A stretch of 60,180 nt of DNA. It comes from a virus. Taxonomy: Duplodnaviria > Caudoviricetes. A program made the position numbers and the translations under genes. This document shows positions 54,208-60,180 of the stretch, piece by piece. Under the pieces are notes generated by a model, which was not told where the DNA came from, ran no database searches, and saw nothing but the letters and a program-made list of their open reading frames with translations. Where the stretch lies: positions 1-60,180 of IMG/VR virus record IMGVR_UViG_3300046005_001206; one strand, 5' to 3'. Position 1 is the stretch's first letter, and the number at the start of each line of letters is the position of its first letter.

Positions 54208-55227
54208 ATGCTTTGGATAGAACACAAATACATTAGTCTTCTCTCAGGAAGATTAGAAAGATTTCAAAGAATCAATAGCAATGTCTATCGATTCCGTTGC
54301 CCGATCTGCGGTGACAGTCAAAAGGATCGTCGTAAGACTCGTGGGCATCTTCTCGAAAGAGGAGGTAAGATCCGCTTTTATTGTCATAACTGTAGCGCGA
54401 GCATGCAGTTTAAGTATTTTATGAAAGAAATCGATCCGACTCTTTATCTCGAATACGTCAAGGAACAGATCAAAGAATCTGGTAATCAAAAAGACGTCGA
54501 AACTTTTGCAGAGAAGATGAAACCGCCAGTCTTTGTCAAGACCACGGCTCTGTCGAAACTGAAGAAAGTAAGTCAGTTAGATCCTGATCATCCTGTCAAG
54601 AAGTATGTCGACAGTCGGCAAATCCCTCCGCATTTGCATTATAAATTATTCTATGCTCCAAAATTTGGTGCGTGGGTCAATACTATGATTCCTGACAAGA
54701 TCAAGATTGGTGAGAAAGACGAACCTCGTCTGATCATACCATTCCTCGATAAGGAAAAGAATCTCTTTGGTTTTCAAGGCAGGTCGTTTCGAAAAGACGG
54801 CGTTCGATATATCACCATCATGTTAGACGATTCGAAACCAAAAATATTCGGTATGGATACTATCGACGAGTCCAATGATATATATCTACTAGAGGGACCG
54901 ATCGATTCGATGTTCTTGCCAAATGCAATGGCAGCCGCCGGTGGAGATCTTGCTGCACAAGTCGAACAAACCGGTTTACTTAAAGAGAAAATTGTGGTAG
55001 TATTTGATAATGAGCCAAGACATTCAGATACAATCAAAAGAATGCAGAAGGCGATTGATGCTGGTTATCGTGTAGTCATATGGCCGTCGGACATCCAATA
55101 TAAAGATGTCAATGATATGATTTTAGCTGGTATGAAACCAGAATATATTAAGGATGTTTTAGATGAATGTAATTACTCCGGACCAACTGCAAAGTTACAT
55201 TTCGCATTATGGCGAAAAGACCGTTAA
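54208..55227 (+). CDS. gp61: DNA primase gp61
   Basis: RCPICGDS...CHNC, FQGR, EGPIDSMF, DNEPR, KDVND. Confidence 0.95.
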   Translation: MLWIEHKYISLLSGRLERFQRINSNVYRFRCPICGDSQKDRRKTRGHLLERGGKIRFYCHNCSASMQFKYFMKEIDPTLYLEYVKEQIKESGNQKDVETFAEKMKPPVFVKTTALSKLKKVSQLDPDHPVKKYVDSRQIPPHLHYKLFYAPKFGAWVNTMIPDKIKIGEKDEPRLIIPFLDKEKNLFGFQGRSFRKDGVRYITIMLDDSKPKIFGMDTIDESNDIYLLEGPIDSMFLPNAMAAAGGDLAAQVEQTGLLKEKIVVVFDNEPRHSDTIKRMQKAIDAGYRVVIWPSDIQYKDVNDMILAGMKPEYIKDVLDECNYSGPTAKLHFALWRKDR

Positions 55228-55240
55228 GACTATTCTGAGT

Positions 55241-55444
55241 ATGCCCAACGAAGAACTGACATGGGTAGTCTATAACGCAAACATGGTCAGTCTGGCACAG
55301 ATGTTGATCATTGCCCTTCGAGGACTCAAGTTCTTTGATGATTATGTTCGAGTTGTTTCCCGTGATCAAGATTGTACCAGTACACATGGTAAACTCTACT
55401 TTGATCCAAATATATTTAATTTAATGGGTAATGGACATGGATGA
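55241..55444 (+). CDS. Hypothetical protein (start uncertain)
   Basis: Open frame filling the gap after the primase. Confidence 0.45.
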   Translation: MPNEELTWVVYNANMVSLAQMLIIALRGLKFFDDYVRVVSRDQDCTSTHGKLYFDPNIFNLMGNGHG

Positions 55445-55595
55445 AGATACTATTATGAACTTAACTCTTGAACTTCATGATTTTCTTGTGCAGCTTGGTC
55501 GAGTTCCTAATGAAGACGAAGACTATGACGCGCTGAGTGACTTTATGATGACTAAGTTAGATCCGTTCATTACAAAGGAAAGGAACTATAACTGA
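55437..55595 (+). CDS. Small acidic hypothetical protein
   Basis: Hand-translated 52 aa, TGATG-coupled to next ORF. Confidence 0.5.
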   Translation: MDEDTIMNLTLELHDFLVQLGRVPNEDEDYDALSDFMMTKLDPFITKERNYN

Positions 55596-55867
55596 TGACT
55601 GAGTTAGTAGACAACGAATACGGAATCGAGTACGAGAAGATCGTAATCAAGAAGCTTCGAATCTTTCGAGTCGGTAAGCAGTGGCTTGTAGAGTACCACC
55701 GCGCGCCGCGGGCTTGGGCTCCATGGGATTATTTTTGGTGGTATAACGATGGGCAATATGTCGAGTACTACGATGCTCTTGCTCGAGTTCAAGAATTAAA
55801 GGCAAATGGATATGTAAATCTTCCACAGTTCCAAAAGGTGAAAACGTTCGATGTCTCATCTGAGTGA
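55595..55867 (+). CDS. Hypothetical protein
   Basis: 90-aa coupled ORF. Confidence 0.6.
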   Translation: MTELVDNEYGIEYEKIVIKKLRIFRVGKQWLVEYHRAPRAWAPWDYFWWYNDGQYVEYYDALARVQELKANGYVNLPQFQKVKTFDVSSE

Positions 55868-55999
55868 TAATAACATAAGTTATTTTAAGCATATGTTGAG
55901 ATCGTGGCGCTGGGGAGCAATACTGTTTATTCATGGTTTATTGCCAAACGTATTCAAGACAACAGTAAGTGATGAAATGTGTAATCATAAGGATTAATA

Positions 56000-56704
56000 A
56001 TGAGTGAAGTAAATTTAATCGGTCTGACGAAGCCGAGCTCCTATACAGAATGCAATACTGCCAATGAACTAGTTGCATGGGCAGCAAGAGTATCAAATCC
56101 CTCGAATCAAAACAATACAGCAACAGCGCCTAAACTGGTTCAGTATCTTATTAAGAACCAACACTGGTCACCGCTGGAGATGGTACATGTATCAATGGAA
56201 ATTAAAACAACTCGTGACATCGCTCGGCAAATTCTTCGCCATCGATCCTTTTCGTTTCAAGAATTTTCGCAGAGATATGCAGACCCGATTAAGGAACTTG
56301 GATTCGTCACTCGAGAAGCCCGTCTACAAGACGCCAAGAATAGGCAAAACTCGGTGGAGCTGGGATCCGAAAAAAACCGATTGGCCGAAGAATGGCAAGC
56401 AATGCAACAATGCGCCACACGGGCAGCAAAAGATGCCTACACCTGGGCAATAGAAAACGGAATTGCGAAAGAACAAGCGCGTGCAGTTCTTCCAGAAGGG
56501 TTGACCGAATCGACAATACTAATGGCTGGTTCTCTTCGTTCATGGATTCACTACTGCCAACTTCGTATGGATAAGGCGACGCAGAAAGAACATCGTATTG
56601 TTGCTGAGCAATGCTGGACGATTATTGGACAACATTTTCCTGATGTAATCAAGGCTCTCGATGATATTAAAGTTTGGGATGATTTTGTGAGTAAGCTACC
56701 ATGA
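56000..56704 (+). CDS. thyX: Flavin-dependent thymidylate synthase ThyX
   Basis: HWSPLE, RQILRHRSFSFQEFSQRY, EQARAVLP, TQKEHR. Confidence 0.95.
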   Translation: MSEVNLIGLTKPSSYTECNTANELVAWAARVSNPSNQNNTATAPKLVQYLIKNQHWSPLEMVHVSMEIKTTRDIARQILRHRSFSFQEFSQRYADPIKELGFVTREARLQDAKNRQNSVELGSEKNRLAEEWQAMQQCATRAAKDAYTWAIENGIAKEQARAVLPEGLTESTILMAGSLRSWIHYCQLRMDKATQKEHRIVAEQCWTIIGQHFPDVIKALDDIKVWDDFVSKLP

Positions 56705-56877
56705 AACATAGCACTGTAGTTAAAGAAACTGAAGATGGAGAGTTATACATAGATCTATCAGATGAATTCATGGAACAAATGGGTTGGGATATCGATACAG
56801 AATTAGTATGGACCGTTTATGACGACGGTAAAGTTTGTTTAAGAAAGAGGTCAGATGATAACAGTAACGAAACGTGA
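56701..56877 (+). CDS. Small AbrB-like protein
   Basis: DGELYIDLSDEFMEQMGWDIDTELVW. Confidence 0.55.
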   Translation: MKHSTVVKETEDGELYIDLSDEFMEQMGWDIDTELVWTVYDDGKVCLRKRSDDNSNET

Positions 56878-59122
56878 TGGAACGCGAGAACCACTCAATA
56901 TTAATAAGTTCCATAAGGTTGCGCAGTTTGCGTGTGAAGGTTTAAGTGGCGTTTCTGTTTCAGATCTTGAAATCAAAACACATATTCAATTCTATGATAA
57001 GATCAAGTCTTCTGATATTCAAGAGACACTAATCAAAGCAGCTGCCGAACTCATTACAGAAGATGAACCAAACTATCAGTATGTTGCTGGTCGTTTGATT
57101 AACTATAATCTTCGTAAGCAAGTGTATGGTACGTACAATCCTGTCTCTCTACTTACACACTACTTCGAAGTAGCAACCGCTGGTTACTATGACTGGGCTA
57201 TCTACGATGCATATTCTCCAGAAGAGTGGCAAGAACTCAATAAGTACATTGACCACGATCGTGACAGTCTGCTGACTTACGCTGCCATGGAACAGTTTCG
57301 TGGTAAGTATCTGATTAAGAATCGTGTGACTAACAAGTTCTATGAGACACCTCAAATGGCTTTTATGTTGATTGCCATGACACTTTTCCAGAACTATAGT
57401 AAAAATAGAATTAAATGGGTAAAGGATCTTTATGATGCAATCAGTACTTTTGATATTAGTCTTCCTACTCCTATTATGGCAGGCGTGCGCTCACCTCAAC
57501 GTCAGTTTAGTTCGTGCGTACTTATCGAAACTGATGACTCACTGGATTCCATAAATGCAACAGCTTCTGCGATTGTTAAGTACGTTTCTCAAAAAGCCGG
57601 AATTGGTATTGGCGGGGGTTCTATTAGGGCTATTGGATCTCCTATACGCAATGGTGATGCTTCTCACACTGGTGTTATTCCTTTTTATAAGCATTTCCAG
57701 TCAGCTGTTAAATCTTGTAGCCAAGGTGGTGTCCGTGGTGGAGCAGCGACTCTCTATTACCCCCTTTGGCATTACGAAGTGGAAGATATTCTTGTCCTAA
57801 AGAATAACAAGGGTACAGAAGACAATCGAATTCGTCATCTTGATTATGGCGTGCAATTTAATAAGGTAATGTATGAAAGACTTTTATCTGGAGGTAATAT
57901 CACCCTCTTCTCGCCTAGTGATGTCCCGGATCTCTATGAAGCCTTTTATAAAAGCACTGAAGACTTTAGAGAGCTCTACGAAAAGTACGAACGTAGTAAA
58001 GTTAGAAAGAAAACCGTCTCTGCGATTGATCTCTTCTCAACCTTCGTTACCGAGCGAAAAGATACTGGACGAATCTATCTGATGAACGTCGACCATGCGA
58101 ATGAGCATGGTTCATTTACTGATGCCGCACCAATTAAGATGAGTAATCTGTGCTGCGAGATTACACTCCCAACTACACCACTAAAGGATATTCATGATGA
58201 GTCAGGTGAAATTAGCCTATGCACGCTTGCTGCAATTAATTGGGGAAAAATTAGAAAGCCAGCTGATTTCGAAAAGCCATGCACCCTTGCAGTACGCGCT
58301 TTGGATGCCTTACTTGATTATCAGGACTATCCTGTTCGAGCCGCTGCTATTGGTACTCGGAATCGTAGGCCTCTTGGTATTGGTATCATTAACTTTGCTT
58401 ATTGGTTGGCTCGTAATGACACTAATTACTCTGATCCTAACCTTGAGCTTGTTCATGAGTATGCTGAAGCATGGAGTTACTACCTTATTAAAGCCTCGGT
58501 TGACTTGGCTGAAGAAGTAGGAGCTTGCCCACTTGATCATCAAACAAAGTATGCGTATGGTACTATGCCAATCGATACGTATAAGAAAGATGTAGACGAA
58601 TTGGTCGCTCCGAACTATAAGATGCCATGGAGTGTATTATCGAGTCGAGCATTGTCATCTGGCATTCGTAACTCAACTTTGATGGCTCTGATGCCTTCAG
58701 AAACATCTGCGCAGATTAGTAACTCTACCAATGGTATTGAACCACCACGTGCACTCATCTCGATCAAACAGTCAAAAGATGGCGTACTCAAGCAAGTTGT
58801 TCCAGAGTTAAAAAGATTAAAGAATAAATATGAGTTACTATGGGATCAAAAGTCTCCAGAAGGTTATCTGAAGATTATGGCAGTCCTACAGAAATTTATC
58901 GATCAGGCAATCTCGGTCAATACTTCTTATAATCCTCGTCACTATGAGGACGAGAAGATCCCGATGTCTGAGATGATCAGGCACATCTTGATGCACTACA
59001 AGTATGGTGGCAAGACTTTATATTACTTCAACACCTTTGACGGTGCTGGTGAGATTGAAGAAACCAAACCACTCGCACACGGTCAACTTGACGACGAGGA
59101 TTGTGACTCTTGTAAGATATGA
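56855..59122 (+). CDS. nrdA: Ribonucleotide reductase class Ia alpha subunit
   Basis: ATP cone, TPIMAG, SSCVL, SNLCCEI, KTLYY, C-terminal CDSCKI. Confidence 0.97.
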   Translation: MITVTKRDGTREPLNINKFHKVAQFACEGLSGVSVSDLEIKTHIQFYDKIKSSDIQETLIKAAAELITEDEPNYQYVAGRLINYNLRKQVYGTYNPVSLLTHYFEVATAGYYDWAIYDAYSPEEWQELNKYIDHDRDSLLTYAAMEQFRGKYLIKNRVTNKFYETPQMAFMLIAMTLFQNYSKNRIKWVKDLYDAISTFDISLPTPIMAGVRSPQRQFSSCVLIETDDSLDSINATASAIVKYVSQKAGIGIGGGSIRAIGSPIRNGDASHTGVIPFYKHFQSAVKSCSQGGVRGGAATLYYPLWHYEVEDILVLKNNKGTEDNRIRHLDYGVQFNKVMYERLLSGGNITLFSPSDVPDLYEAFYKSTEDFRELYEKYERSKVRKKTVSAIDLFSTFVTERKDTGRIYLMNVDHANEHGSFTDAAPIKMSNLCCEITLPTTPLKDIHDESGEISLCTLAAINWGKIRKPADFEKPCTLAVRALDALLDYQDYPVRAAAIGTRNRRPLGIGIINFAYWLARNDTNYSDPNLELVHEYAEAWSYYLIKASVDLAEEVGACPLDHQTKYAYGTMPIDTYKKDVDELVAPNYKMPWSVLSSRALSSGIRNSTLMALMPSETSAQISNSTNGIEPPRALISIKQSKDGVLKQVVPELKRLKNKYELLWDQKSPEGYLKIMAVLQKFIDQAISVNTSYNPRHYEDEKIPMSEMIRHILMHYKYGGKTLYYFNTFDGAGEIEETKPLAHGQLDDEDCDSCKI

Positions 59123-59862
59123 AATATAAAACCATCTTCATTAGTGATGTTCACCTAGGAACAAATGATTGCAAAGCCGATCTTTTAAATAATTTCCTTA
59201 AACACAACTCGTGCGATACTTTATACTTAGTTGGTGATATTATTGATGCATGGAAGATACAACAAAATCGTTTAAAATGGAAACAGTCGCATACAAATGT
59301 AGTGAGAAGAATTTTAGGATTTGCTAAACATGGTACACGTGTAGTCTATGTTGCCGGCAATCACGACGAGTTTCTTCGACCAATGATTCCGTATGGCGTA
59401 AGTTTTGGTAAGATTGAAATATGCAATCAGATATGCCATGAAGGCATTGATGGTAAAAAATACATGGTTGTTCATGGTGATCTTTTTGATGGCATTACTC
59501 GTCTTGCTCCTTGGTTAAGTTTTCTTGGAGACAGAGCATATGATTTTGTACTCAATTTAAATAGCCGATTTAATTGGATTCGTCATCGACTTGGATTTGG
59601 TTATTGGTCTTTAAGTAAGTGGTTAAAGTATAAAGTCAAGAGAGCCATCGACTTTATGTTTCAGTTTGAAAAAAATGTCACTACATATGCTAAAAGAAAA
59701 GGATATGACGGTGTAATCTGTGGTCACATACATAATGCAGAAATCAAAGAGGTTGATGGAATTGTGTATATGAATGATGGAGATTGGGTAGAATCATGTA
59801 CCGCTCTTGTTGAACACAAAAGTGGCAAATGGGAAATAGTGACTTGGCAAAAAATAAAGTAG
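59119..59862 (+). CDS. UDP-2,3-diacylglucosamine hydrolase-like metallophosphoesterase (LpxH family)
   Basis: SDVHLG, GDIID, GNHD, HGD, GHIH, NDGDWVES. Confidence 0.8.
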   Translation: MKYKTIFISDVHLGTNDCKADLLNNFLKHNSCDTLYLVGDIIDAWKIQQNRLKWKQSHTNVVRRILGFAKHGTRVVYVAGNHDEFLRPMIPYGVSFGKIEICNQICHEGIDGKKYMVVHGDLFDGITRLAPWLSFLGDRAYDFVLNLNSRFNWIRHRLGFGYWSLSKWLKYKVKRAIDFMFQFEKNVTTYAKRKGYDGVICGHIHNAEIKEVDGIVYMNDGDWVESCTALVEHKSGKWEIVTWQKIK

Positions 59863-59879
59863 TGTACAGAAAGTAGCAA

Positions 59880-60068
59880 ATGCAGTATATTAAAATAGAT
59901 AACGATATGTGGGCAGACGCAGGTAAAGTTTGGTTTGTACATAAGCATGAAACAAATCCAAACTCGACTGCTGTAAAACTCACAATTGAAGACACCAAAA
60001 CAGGTGAAATTCAAACACGAACAGTTCCTCAAAACCAAATTGAGTGGCTCGAACCGAAGGACTTTTAA
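59880..60068 (+). CDS. Hypothetical protein
   Basis: 62-aa ORF next to early-promoter motif at 59863. Confidence 0.5.
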   Translation: MQYIKIDNDMWADAGKVWFVHKHETNPNSTAVKLTIEDTKTGEIQTRTVPQNQIEWLEPKDF

Positions 60069-60180
60069 TGCTATATACGGGGTCGGGGAATATACCTCAT
60101 CATATCTATTGTTGGGTAGATTCTTCGTTCATTCGTAAAGATGCCAAACCAAATACGTTCGAACCGTGTATATGTTTCCT
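60068..60180 (+). CDS. Hypothetical protein, 5' part only
   Basis: TAATG-coupled ORF open to the window end. Confidence 0.5.
   Translation, partial: MLYTGSGNIPHHIYCWVDSSFIRKDAKPNTFEPCICF

Noticed and set aside
29340-59122. Introns or inteins in gp43, uvsX, gp41, gp61, thyX or nrdA
   Set aside because: All are uninterrupted and of normal length
137-60038. Numerous minus-strand and off-frame ORFs in the track (e.g. 25315..25974, 30597..31211, 47124..47789)
   Set aside because: Shadows of well-supported + strand genes with no recognisable motifs; only the endolysin and the embedded Rz1 were kept

Overview
A 60-kb segment of a T4-like (Straboviridae/Kyanoviridae-type) myophage genome, almost entirely + strand and roughly 40% GC by eye. 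The host is Gram-negative (embedded Rz/Rz1 spanins) and plausibly a GC-rich alphaproteobacterium (inference). It carries the replication and recombination core: gp3 end, uvsY, uvsW, gp55, gp47/46, gp45/44/62, regA, gp43, uvsX, gp41, gp61, thyX and nrdA. It also has 12 tRNA genes, more than 20 copies of a TGTACA-N16/17-TAnnnT-type early promoter, TATAAATA late promoters, lysis genes and auxiliary genes (peptide deformylase, Hsp20, Dps, LpxH-like). Highlights: (1) a DNA-hypermodification operon joining a T4 gp42-type dCMP hydroxymethylase to two amino-acid:DNA-transferase-like proteins and a PLP enzyme, a set characterised so far for thymine (hmdU) modification, suggesting a new cytosine hypermodification; (2) a GC-rich array of translationally coupled micro-ORFs joined by a recurring ~45-nt junction; (3) a late block of putative capsid-targeted cargo, comprising a ligase-fold/HAD/nucleotidyltransferase module and polyproteins punctuated by protease-site-like linkers; (4) four or five candidate structured ncRNAs; (5) a decayed curli (csgF)/CHASE2 locus. 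Family assignments come from motif recognition by eye, without database searches.
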